A stretch of DNA of 64,000 nt, from NCBI GenBank assembly GCA_010093605.1, contig MU004186.1, positions 1,902,616 through 1,966,615 of the forward strand. The letters are read 5' to 3'. This document shows positions 31,319-42,211 of the stretch, in pieces; position 1 is the stretch's first letter; each line of letters opens with the position of its first letter. Source of the stretch: Lophium mytilinum (Eukaryota). The position numbers were made by a program, and so were the translations under genes. The notes beneath the pieces were generated by a model. The model was not told the DNA's origin. It saw nothing but the letters and a program-made list of their open reading frames with translations, and did no database searches.

Positions 31319-32397
31319 TCATACGCCTACCGAGGACTTCTCGAATGCATCCCATGCCGCAGGGTCATTCCACATTGGGAGGAGAAATGGAAGACGTGCC
31401 GGAACTTGATCCGGCCAATGCACAGAAATCAGCTCCATCAGCTCGTCGAAAAGAATCCGATATCCCAGTGGATTAAAATGAAGACCTAACAGATCTGATG
31501 TTAGCTAACTTTTCACCTCTATGCTACGCTCGACTTACCATCATGGAGAAAGTCGGTCAACACAGAGTTTTCCGGCAGGTGCAAGCCGCCGGGAATGTCA
31601 GGATCCTCGATCTTCCAGCCAGTCGTCGACATGAAAGCGGTCCACAGGTCTAGCACTGGGATACCAAGCTCCTTACCGAGTTCACAGACAGCCTGGGCAT
31701 AGCTTCTTGTAGTGACGGCAGTCCTGGAGCATTTCTCAAAGCCCCTAGCAATGTCTCCCGGCAGCATCAGGTGCTCATTGACCGGTGGCGGCGCTACGAG
31801 GATGATTCTTGCGTTGTGAGCTTTTACAGAGTCGTGGGTGACGATCTTGGCTAGATTCTCCTTGTATGTAGCAAGCGGGACATGTTGACCATTCCGAGAT
31901 TCTGCTAGGGAAGCATCATTTGCTCCAAAGAATACCATCTGTCCGATTGGTTAGTGCTCCTGGAGATGGGCGTTGGTTTGGCACGGTACCAGAAACCGAA
32001 CTCGAGCCTGTTCTGGAGTTGGGATGATAGAGGTCAACACCTTCAGCGCCTGGTCGGTGTTGTAACCACTACCGTCGAATCAGCACCTCGTGCAGCCTTT
32101 CCTCAGGCTGGCCCTTCATACCTCAGCCCTCGGTTCACGACATCGAGACGTCGGATGTAGGCTGCTACATTAGCCGGGCCGCATGCAAGGCATCAATGAT
32201 CGCTACCGCAACCGGATGCTTCGAGTCACGTACCATCTTGCAACGCAGGAGCAAATCCAAAGCCGCGGTCTTGATTCCCGGATTGCTGAGTGATGGAGTC
32301 GCCGAACAAAAGGAACTGGTCGTGCTTGATAGCCTGCATGAGTGCATATTAGTTGTGAACCTGAATGTCACGAGCGAGTGAGTCCTGGCCGTACCAT
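31319..32397 (-). CDS. IAH1: SGNH/GDSL hydrolase, isoamyl-acetate-hydrolysing esterase IAH1-like
   Basis: Spliced blocks FLLFGDSITQ, RRLDVVNRG, VFFGANDA and LHDGLHF. The first coding exon is only ATG (32395-32397), followed by a GTACGG..CTAAT..GCAG intron. Confidence 0.88.
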
Positions 32398-33052
32398 CGC
32401 TCTTGCCTCAGCAGTGTGTATGGCTAGAAGCGGGTGGCACACTATTTAAGTGACAGCAGCAACTTGACGCTCGAGGCGGGTTTTGCGGCAATCGACGTGT
32501 ATAGCCGCACTAGCTGCACCGCGGGGGAGTCGAATAAAGTAACCCGGGGCTAGCAGAGCGACGTTTGACAGCTTGGACCCTGCATCGGCCTTCACAAGTG
32601 ACGCCAGTCACTGGCCCTCGTAAGCCCACCGAGGTCACAAGGAGCACGATCCCAAGGGCGAAACTCCTCCACCACTCTTGGCGGGGCCGCTTTGAAGGAT
32701 ACTGAACTTGTCCTAGCTATCTCAGCTTCCATCTAGACTCTCGTCCTAGTGCCTTTCTGCAGCCACTCGGCCCACGTATCTGCTTTTCGTCGTCAACAGC
32801 GTGGTGGCTTGAGCATGTTTGCCGGTACGTGTATCTCTTGGCAATCCTCAGAAGGTACCGTGGATCTGAAACCTGTGAGCCACCGTATTCTCACGAGTCC
32901 ACACAGCCCCGTGCTGCCCCGTATCCGGATGATCAAGGCAACATGGTATTGAAGACGCGTTTTCACAGCCTTTCTCTTCCCCACTACCGCCTCGTTGCGT
33001 CCGCTAACGGCTACTTATCTACAGCTGCTAAGGTGGCTCCCAAATACCAACG

Positions 33053-35993
33053 ATGCCCAGATCCGTAGCCTCCTTCCACAGCATCCGGCATAGGGCTCAC
33101 GATGATGAAGACGAAGGAGATGGCGTGGACTCTCTGGAGCGAGAAGACACCATCAGTAGCACGACTCCCACCTCTCCCACGATATCTCGTCGATTCCGAT
33201 CCAGCCGACCGTCAGAGCTCGACTTGCGAAGCAACACCCCGAACGAGCGGTCAGCCCTGCTTGGAAACAGCCAAAACCTTTCCCGATCATATGCCAGCAT
33301 GCCAGCCTCGATACCTGGCACACCGCGGCCTCATATTATCCGGCACGCGAGTCTGAGACTTCGCCAACACAGCCGTTCCGGGTCCTTCAGTACACGACTG
33401 GTGAACGCTCTAGGTTCAGAACGGCGAGAAGCACTAGGTAAGCAAGGGACGGGGTACTGGGCTGGGCGATAGCTTGGTTCATACAGAGTAGTACTCGCTG
33501 ACTCTTTGCAGAAAACAGTATACACAAGACCGTGTCTTTCTGGCAAGACGACCGTGTCTGGTACGACCAGTTCACATCCACCGACTGGGTCCATGATAGC
33601 ATAGCAGACGCTTACCGCGTCAAGGCCTTACGAAGTAGGAAAGACATCCGAGGACGAATAGCAGCCTGGTTTGATGGGGCACAAGGGTGGATATTGGTCG
33701 CGATCATTGGCTGTATTACTGCCTGTCTGGCGTATATAGTCAACGTGACGGAAAGCTTGTTGTTCGACTACAAGTCCGGATACTGCACGACGAAATGGCT
33801 CGATAGCAAGAAAGACTGTTGCTCAGGGGCAAGCTCATGTGAAGAATGGAGTCACTGGGCAAAGGTATTCCACACGGACGGGCAGGAGCATGAGGGGACA
33901 CAGTTTGTGGCTTTCGTAATCGGTGTGATGGCTCTTGCTATAGCGTCTTGCGTATTGACGTTAACTACGAAGACCGTCATCCCCTCGGCCGTATCCCTCT
34001 CAACTCTTGATGAAAATCTCGCCGCAGACATTCTGGACCCTGATCACGATCAGGATGAAGAGGGAAGAAAACGAAGTCTCAGCCCTGCTCAGGCATATAC
34101 AGAGTCCCAATTACGGCCACCCATGGTCTACTACTCCGCCGCTGGGAGTGGTGTTGCAGAAGTCAAAGTCATCCTTAGCGGATTCGTTCTCCACGGCTAC
34201 CTTGGACTTCGAACCCTTGTCATCAAGACACTAGGACTTATTCTCAGTGTAGCATCAGGACTCAGTCTTGGAAAAGAAGGACCATACGTTCACATCGCTA
34301 CGTGTGTAGGAAATATTGCCTGTCGACTGTTCCCTAAGTACAGAGACAATGATGGAAAACGCAGAGAGGTCCTTAGTGCGAGCGCAGCTAGCGGAGTTGC
34401 CGTAGCTTTCGGTGCTCCAATTGGAGGGGTGTTGTTCAGTTTAGAGGAAGTCAGCTACTATTTTCCCCCAAAGACTCTTTTCAGAACTTTCTTCTGTTGT
34501 ATCGTAAGTCATATGAACTTTCCTGAACAAGGGCATGTACTGACACACGCACAGGCCGCAGCGCTTTCTTTGAAATTCTTGAATCCTTACGGGACGAACA
34601 AGATCGTCTTATTCGAGGTTCGATATCTGACAGACTGGAAGTTTTTCGAGATGGTCGCTTTTGTCCTGCTGGGTGTCTTGGGTGGCATCCTCGGAGCTTT
34701 GTTCATTAAAGCTTCAGGTCTCTGGGCGAGGACCTTCCGTCGCTTCAAGGTCATCAAGCGGTGGCCAATGTTGGAGGTCATGTTAGTCGCCTTGATCACG
34801 GGTCTTATCAGCTTCTGGAACCGCTACACAAATATGCCGGTCACCGAGCTCATGTTCGAGCTTGCCAGTCCCTGTGATACTTTCACGAGCAGTGGCACCG
34901 GCCTCTGTCCCACGAAAGAGCAAATTCCGGCCGTTATCTGGTATCTCTCAATCGCTTTCGTCATCAAAGCATTCTTAACCGTCGTCACATTCGGCATCAA
35001 AGTACCCGCTGGAATATATGTACCATCTATGGTTGTCGGTGGTATCTTGGGTCGAATAGTTGGTCATATTGTTCAATATCTTGCGTTGAACTACTCTCAT
35101 ACCGGACTTTTCGGGGACTGCAAAGCGGACGACAATCCAGAATCGTGTGTTGTGCCTGGAGTTTACGCAATGGTGGCTGCTGGAGCGACGATGACTGGCG
35201 TTACGAGACTTTCCGTTACGCTGGCCGTCATTCTCTTCGAACTCACGGGCAGCTTGGACCACGTCCTACCGTTCTCGATAGGCATATTGGTAGCTAAGTG
35301 GACGGCGGATGCTATCGAGCCCCTGAGCATTTATGTAAGTATGTCGTTTTTTGAAGGTGTTCCAGTGCTAATCTCTAATCTTATCAGGATATGTTAACCA
35401 ATATGAACTCATACCCATTCCTAGACAACAAAGTGCGTCCAGTCTTCACCACCGACCTTGGCGACATAACCCCTCGAGTGCGCGAAGAACGTATCATCGA
35501 CATCTCCGATTCTCCCCTCGTCCCCGCCAAAGACCTCCGACAAAAGCAACAATATCTACACATGGCCGGCGAGCTCGATGGCGGCCTACCTATCGTCCGC
35601 GACCAGATCCTCGTTGGCCTCATACCAGCACCGGATCTTGAGTTTGCGCTAGATAAGCTAGACAACGAAGATAACAGCCTCTGCCTCATGTCGACGCAGG
35701 TACATTGGAACACCAACGACGAAGACGAGCCGGAACAAGACCCGACGGACTTCACGCCATATATCGATCCGGCGCCTGTGGCGCTGGACATCCATTCCCC
35801 GATGGATCTGGTATATGAGTGCTTTGTGAAATTGGGCTTGCGATATATTTGTGTGGTGAGAGATGGGCGGTACGCTGGTTTGGTGAGTCTTTTCCCTTTA
35901 TATCAGTTGGAAGTCTAGTACTAATCATTATGGCAGGTCCACAAGAAAGCATTTGTGAAATACATCAAAGAACTAGAAGCTGGGGGGCATTAG
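33053..35993 (+). CDS. CLC-family chloride channel / Cl-/H+ antiporter with C-terminal CBS domains (Gef1-like family)
   Basis: GSGVAEVK, GKEGP, FGAPIGGVLFSLEE and PAGIYVPSM motifs; CBS region at 35391-35882; final exon VHKKAFVKYIKELEAGGH* ends at 35993. Confidence 0.95.
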
Positions 35994-37460
35994 AGCACTC
36001 CATACAACATCGTTTGCGTCGCGTAGCATTTGGCATACATCTAAGCTGCGCTCGAGCGTGGAAAGGAGGTTTATTTGAGCGAAGTGATGGTTTGTGATAC
36101 CAAGGGCATTTGAGTTTCGTAGCACTGCACTGTTAGGCGTTTTGGCGAGGTCGTTACCTGGGTTTGGCCTTTTTCGCATTTGGAGGGGAGAGCAGATAGA
36201 TGGAGCATCTAACACAGACATATACGCATTGTGCTCGTAGATGACCACGCATAGCAGTTTCCGTACGTCAAAATAGACTTGGTTGCGTGAGGTAGCAGTG
36301 AGGGTTCCTGGTCTTAGGAACACGAAGCCATGTCTTGCGGATCTGCAGTCGGGCGTATAGCTAGTTCATCTGACGTATACCTGAAGATGGGAGGCCGTAG
36401 TCACGGAAAAGTCGGTGGTTTCGCCTTGATGTAACGTCGTTAACCCAAAAGACGGTCACATGTCTGGCACATCGGTTGCTTACATAACGATTCTATGTCT
36501 TGGCAGTAAAGTCCAAACGCGAATTCGAGGTTTCAACACCTCCAACCAGATAGCTCAACAACAACACCTCGTAACTCAGATCTGAGACCGGGAAGCGATT
36601 TGCCCAGTCAAATAATATTTTTGAGGAAGTTATAGAGTGTTAAACCTCTCGTGTCATTGATATAGCGGTGGGTGTGCAGGACTCCACACTTTTTGTGGCA
36701 CTATTTAGCGTGCCAAGACTACCAAGACTTGCCTATCAGAGACACTTCACGTGATCCTAGCGATGAAACTGACAGCTCCTTGGCCCCGCCGGATCCCCGC
36801 CGAAACAAAATTCAGGGCGCCTATTTCACAGCCACCGAGATCAGGCCTCCGGCACATCGTTATTAATATCCTACTGCTAACCTCTTGGTGCTTAGTGTGC
36901 GATCTGCCGCCGAAGAATCTCAGCATTGTGTGATCACTGCAGACCAGCGACATGGAGACGGTGAGTGTGGAAGGGAGTAGGTCTTACGAGTGGCGAAGAC
37001 GATACAGCAGTCTGATCCAACCCGTTAGAAATAAGGGAAACCATCGAGAGTGATCAAGATGCCATATGTAAGCGTAAGCGGCTTGCAGGTTCGGCGATCT
37101 CTCTGCTACCGCGGAGGTATGCTGGGTGGCGGAGCCTCATGTCGCAGCCACCCTACAGTTATAATTGGGCTCTCGAGGTAGGCGGAGGCATGAGCAAAAG
37201 GTGCCTAACGTAGGATGTCGATCCTTCGAGGCTAAGACTGGCCCTGACAGGAGTGGGAAAGATTAAGGCATAACCACAGAGGATCCTCCTTGTCATCCCA
37301 GTTGTTCTTCATTCTTTCATCTTGCTGTCTCGGATTTCCAGCGATCAGGCTCTCGTTGTAACTGCATATTGATACCATTTCTATCGTTTTGGGAGGAGTA
37401 TGAGCGCACGATAGACCATTTATCACATATCATCACATTCAGCAAACAAGATTCTCCACG

Positions 37461-38372
37461 ATGCGAGCGCTTTCTTCTCTCCTGGTCCTCGGGTCAATAG
37501 TAGGAGTCTGTCTAGGCCAATTCCAGTTTCTCAACCCGGACGGAAACCAAGACGACTTCTCGCAAACCTTCTCCAATGGAGACGTCATCGACATCAAGTG
37601 GAATAAGACATGGAAAGGCGTCGGCGCCGCCCTCAAAACCGCAGACTTGTGGATAACCTGGTTCGACGAGTCCTCCTTCTCCCAACTGCTAGAATGTACG
37701 TTTCCCACACCCACTTCCACAACCCATCGCAAACCCTAATCCTAACCCTCCCCAGCAAACGTCAACTTCAAATCCGACGGCGAACTAAAATGGACCGCCA
37801 ACCTCTCCGACGCAACTCTCAAGCACACCCCCCGCTACGTCTTCCGCTTGAAACCCCACACCAGCCCCCCGCTCTACAGTGACATCCAAAACGAATCCCC
37901 CTCGCGCGGCTTCAACCTCATCCCCTCCACCCAGCCCCTCTCCACCTCCGTTTCCTCATCCTCCCACTCCGCGACCGCGACCTCCTCCGCGACCGCCTCC
38001 ACCTCCGCCTCCACCGCCGCCGCCTCCTCAGACAGCAGCAGCCCGACCCTCTCCAGCGGCGCCATCGCCGGCATAGCAGTCGGCGGCGTCGCCGTCATCG
38101 CCCTTTTCGCTTTCGGAACATGGTTTCTACTTCGATATCGCCGCAACACGGCCGTCGCGAATCCGCAGCGGTATGAAGCGGACAGCGCCCCTGCGCGGAT
38201 CGAGGCGGGCGATACGGCGTACGCGGGGGCGTACAAGCCGCCCGTGTTTGCGGGGACGTATCAACCCCTGCCGCCGGCGCCGGTGGAGGCGGATGGGTAT
38301 GCGGTGGGCCAGCCGGCGGCGGAGTTGTATGGGGACGGGGGTGGGGGAAGTGGGCATTATGGGCAGCGTTGA
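37461..38372 (+). CDS. Type I cell-surface protein (signal peptide, extracellular domain, Ser/Thr/Ala stalk, one TM, short Tyr/Pro tail); Mid2/Wsc-like architecture
   Basis: Signal MRALSSLLVLGSIVGVCLG; intron 37696-37755 (GTACGT..CTAAC..CCAG) joins two ORFs in frame; TM segment LSSGAIAGIAVGGVAVIALFAFGTWFLL followed by RYRR. Confidence 0.85.
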
Positions 38373-38893
38373 GAGGGGTTAATCGCAGTTGGTCGTTTTT
38401 CTTGTGCTTTTTTCTTTTCTTCGGGTTGAAATGCATTTCGTGGCGCTGGGAGCATTTGAGCGTTTTGGCGTTATGGGGATATTGCGTGTTTCGGCATGAA
38501 GATATCAATGAGGCGTATTGGCTGATTGAACGGAAGGGGGTTAGTTGCGTAAAAGACTGCCTAGATGTTATCAATAAAGCAGCAGAGTCAAGTCCAATCC
38601 AGTTTAGCAATCAAGGAATGGAACACGAATGAGACAGTAGTCACAAACTCATCAGTAAAGGTAGACAGCACTCGTTGATTCAGATCAAAGTGGGTTCAAT
38701 TGATCGTCTGACTTGGATATCCGCATCGTGTCCCGCTGCCCAGCAAAAATTCAATCAAGCTCCCCAATATCTCCGCTTCCCACACCCATGTCACTCCCTC
38801 CATACAGCCTCCATCTCAGATGTCGATGTCGTTGTTGAAGGAAAGTGGGAAGGGTCGATGTGGTGGGTTGTGTTGGTAGGTTGGCCGAGTCGT

Positions 38894-39004
38894 TTACATG
38901 ACGACGCACCAGCAGCTCTCGTCGCAGCCGCAGCAGTCACAGCTCTCGCCGCAGGAGGTCTTGATCGGCTTGGGCTTGATGATGGAGGAGACTGAGCCAG
39001 GCAT
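38894..39004 (-). CDS. 36-aa Cys-rich CAAX peptide MPGSVSSIIKPKPIKTSCGESCDCCGCDESCWCVVM (candidate a-factor-like pheromone precursor or prenylated metallothionein-like peptide)
   Basis: ATG in the strong fungal context TTCACAATG; nearly all codons end in C or G; ends CVVM-TAA; 5'-UTR intron 39025-39130 (GTATGT, GCTGAC branch, TTCTAG). It is below the ORF-track length cutoff. Confidence 0.8.
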   Translation of the reverse strand: MPGSVSSIIKPKPIKTSCGESCDCCGCDESCWCVVM

Positions 39005-39878
39005 TGTGAAGGTTTGGTTGAGGTCTAGAAGCGGACAGTCAGCCTCTCAGTTACTAGCTATCGACTCCTCTTATCGACTCCAGCGTGCCCAACGCAAAGC
39101 AACAGAGCAAGAAAGCGGTGTGAGACATACAATGTGTTTGTTCGTAAAGTAGTTAATCGTAGCTTTCGCTGTGCAGTAAAGTGGCTGAAAAGGTCGTGTG
39201 TGTGTATGTATGATCAAGGAAACAAGAAACCTCCTCCTCAGCAAGGGGCCAGCACCCTTATCTACTCCCCCCCTCCCTCCCCAGCCAGCTCCTACCCTCA
39301 GCCCTCCTGCAATGTGCCACCATTACGCATCCCTACTCAGCCGGCCAACCAACCCAACCAGTTAGCCACGTAGCCCATCAGCCCCATTACCCGCCAGCAC
39401 CTTCCCTTCCCTTCTCCGCTCTCCACTTCACTCCCCCCCACCGGGCCCAATCGATACCTCCAATTCGCCCCTTCACCTGCTTCCAGGCAAGCCGCCGTGT
39501 CAGACCCCGACCGCTCACTGGCAACACGAGTGCGCGAGCGCAACGCAGCGTCCCGGTCCCACTAGCACCCCAAACTAGCAAGGCGAAGCCTGCGCAAGCA
39601 ACGATAAGCTTTGCATCCCGGCATTTGATTGGCGGGCCGCGCGATCCAAGCTTTGCTAAGCCCGCCCAAGCTTTGACGGGGCGGGGGGACGGTGCTACGA
39701 GGGTGTGATTACGCGGCAGGGCGGGTAGCAGACAGCCACCGTTACTACAGAGTTGCAGGGTGTGAGGGATTAAAGGTTGTTGTGCCATTCTGCATTGTAC
39801 GGGAATAAAGAGTAAGTAATTATAGAATGCGGTTGGCCTGAGAAGGGATGGGGATGTTCCAGGGGAGCAGAGACAGTA

Positions 39879-40067
39879 CTATGGTATCCGGCGTATCTTT
39901 TGTATGTGGGGACTAAGGCAACGTCAGCAGCAGGGGATTAAAACACAGACCAATACAAGGGTTCTCACCAATCGACTCTTCAGCATTTACCTTACCGCGC
40001 AGCCGTGCGCTTACCGAGATGAAAACGCCACAGTCTCCACATATAAAAGATACGCCGGATACCATAG
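39879..40067. mobile_element. MITE, 189 bp, 36-bp terminal inverted repeats, TA flanks
   Basis: CTATGGTATCCGGCGTATCTTTTGTATGTGGGGACT (39879-39914) matches the reverse complement of 40032-40067 at 34/36 positions; TA at 39877-39878 and 40068-40069. Confidence 0.85.
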
Positions 40068-40069
40068 TA

Positions 40070-41353
40070 TAGTCTCCCCCCCTATACGGGCTGCCCACGT
40101 CTGTGCACATCCGTGCATTAAATATTCTAGCAACCCTGTAAGCTTTATATATATTTCCTTAGCTAGAAATACTTATAGATGCCTAAGCATCTAAAATAAC
40201 AGTTTCTACCCCTAATTACTACCTTACTTATAATAAACGCCTATAGATTATTACTCTCTATAATATAGGCCTTACGCTTAGCTAAATTAAGTAGTAGCTA
40301 GGTATTAAAAAGAGTACTATTTACCGCACGCTTTAAAGCCTTAATGCTATAGGCCCCCTTACACTAATAAAATTAAGAGAACGCCGGCTAATTCTTAATA
40401 TACTAACGCGCCACCGTTTAATTCTCTATGCTATAACTAACACTATATAATAGAGGAAGCCTTAAAGAGTAATAGCTAATAAGCTAGGCATTTAAGTATA
40501 TAATAAGGTACTTAATACCGCCTTTTATAAGGAAGGCTACTACTAGAGAAAGGTAAGAAGAAAGCTTTAGCTTAATTAAAAGTATAAAGATGCCCGGTTA
40601 AAATAGGCCTAAGAGTATCTAGAATAGATAGAAAGTAACTAGAACTAGGTCTACTAGACTAATAAGATATTCTTTTATCTAGATTAGGGGGATTATTATA
40701 TTATAAGAGGGCTAGAAGAGAAGCTTTACCCGGACTACCTTATACTAAAGTTTTAAGGCTATTTACTCTAGATAGTTTAGGGTACCATTTCTTCTAAAGT
40801 AAAGGGCCCCTTAGTATTCTTTAAGAAGAATTAGAGTAGTATTAATAACTAAGTATACTAAGAGAAGATTCTCCCCTATATTCTAGAGTATTAAAAGGGG
40901 TATAAGTAGTATATTCTTAGTAAAGAAAATATACTTCTAATAGAAGATAGGGTACTAGCTTATAAGGCTATTACTATAAGAGAAGAATAGGGGTAGTATA
41001 GCCTATATAAAATATAGTTTTCTACTAATTTACTAGATTTAAACCCTATTAAGAATCTCTAGAATAAGCTAAAGAATGCTATTACTTAAAGGAAGCTAAA
41101 GAATTAAGATAAATTAAGGCAGGTGCTGCAGGAAGAATAGGCTAAGATTAATCTAAATTAGATTTAATTGCTTATATATTTAATAAATAATAGGTGCTAA
41201 GCCGTTATCTTAGCTTAGGGGGGGCATATAAAATGGTAATGTAGTAATTTAGCATTAATTTGTATGTAAGATTGTATGGTAAACTATGCTGGCCCCTGCA
41301 CGGTGCATTGGCCGGCTTACGGACGTGGGCAGCCCGTACAGGGGGGGAGACTG
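40070..41353 (+). mobile_element. Tc1-like (DD34E) DNA transposon, 1284 bp, RIP-inactivated
   Basis: 32-bp TIR (C/T)AGTCTCCCCCCCT(G/A)TACGGGCTGCCCACGTC at both ends; TA flanks at 40068-40069 and 41354-41355. Confidence 0.95.
40196..41239 (+). pseudogene. RIP-degraded Tc1 transposase (348 codons)
   Basis: De-RIPped HTH (LTRDERLQI), WTDE, MEDGAPAH, and SPDLNPIENLW with 34 codons between the second D and the E; C-terminus AVISAQGGHTKW*. Confidence 0.92.
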
Positions 41354-42211
41354 TAATTGGTAGTCAGCCCCAGCAAGACCTGCACGCGGCTTGCGTAATT
41401 GTGCAGAAACTTGATCTTTGGGCCTGGGGGTGGTTATGCACGGCACCTAACGCCGTGACCGTACCTGCTTGCTTTTTTTGCTGGCGGGTTGGAGATCGAG
41501 AGGGAGCTTTGAGACGATCTCGTTTCATACATAGCTATGATGTAGGTGCATGGTATCAACACCGCTTGTTACTGGGTTCTAGACCGCTTTGCTATGCATT
41601 CCGCGGCGCGCTATGCAACCACTCGACACGGCCCAGCCACACACCGGTGAAACACCAAACGCTTCCTTCCTCGGTGATTGAGATCCGCATCCCTGTCCAG
41701 CTGAGAGCCACCGCTAAATCGCTCGATGGCGACTCTTTGTGCTGCAGCGCGCTCAAAGCGTGTGTAAGGCTGAGCTCACCGCTGTCACCTATACGACGTC
41801 CGCGGCATGGTAACTCACAGGCCGTTGTAAACCCTCGTATACACAGGCCGAGGGGATTCCTTCGCCGAACTTTCAAAGGAACACGCAGATGGTGCGAGGC
41901 TGATCCGACGCTCATCTCTGTCTGCCTCACTATAACCCTCGCCGCACTAGCTGCGTGTAACATCAGAGTAGTACTACAAATACGAACATGATTAGAACAG
42001 ACGAGACATTTCAGCAGCAAAAGAATATCATTCTTCTATTGCATATGTATATACCACAACATGCTACCCCAAGATCGCGCCTCGGAATGCAAGTTTCGTG
42101 AACCTCATGACAACGCCTATGCTGCGCTTTCTATCTCCGAATCTAGCAGTGATCAGTGACCATATGATACCTACACAACCCTTTTCACATCTCAACCACA
42201 AGCCTCAGCCC

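Noticed and set aside
41260..42020. 243-aa and 142-aa ORFs overlapping the Tc1 right end
   Set aside because: Non-ATG starts; one crosses the TIR boundary; no domain or codon bias.
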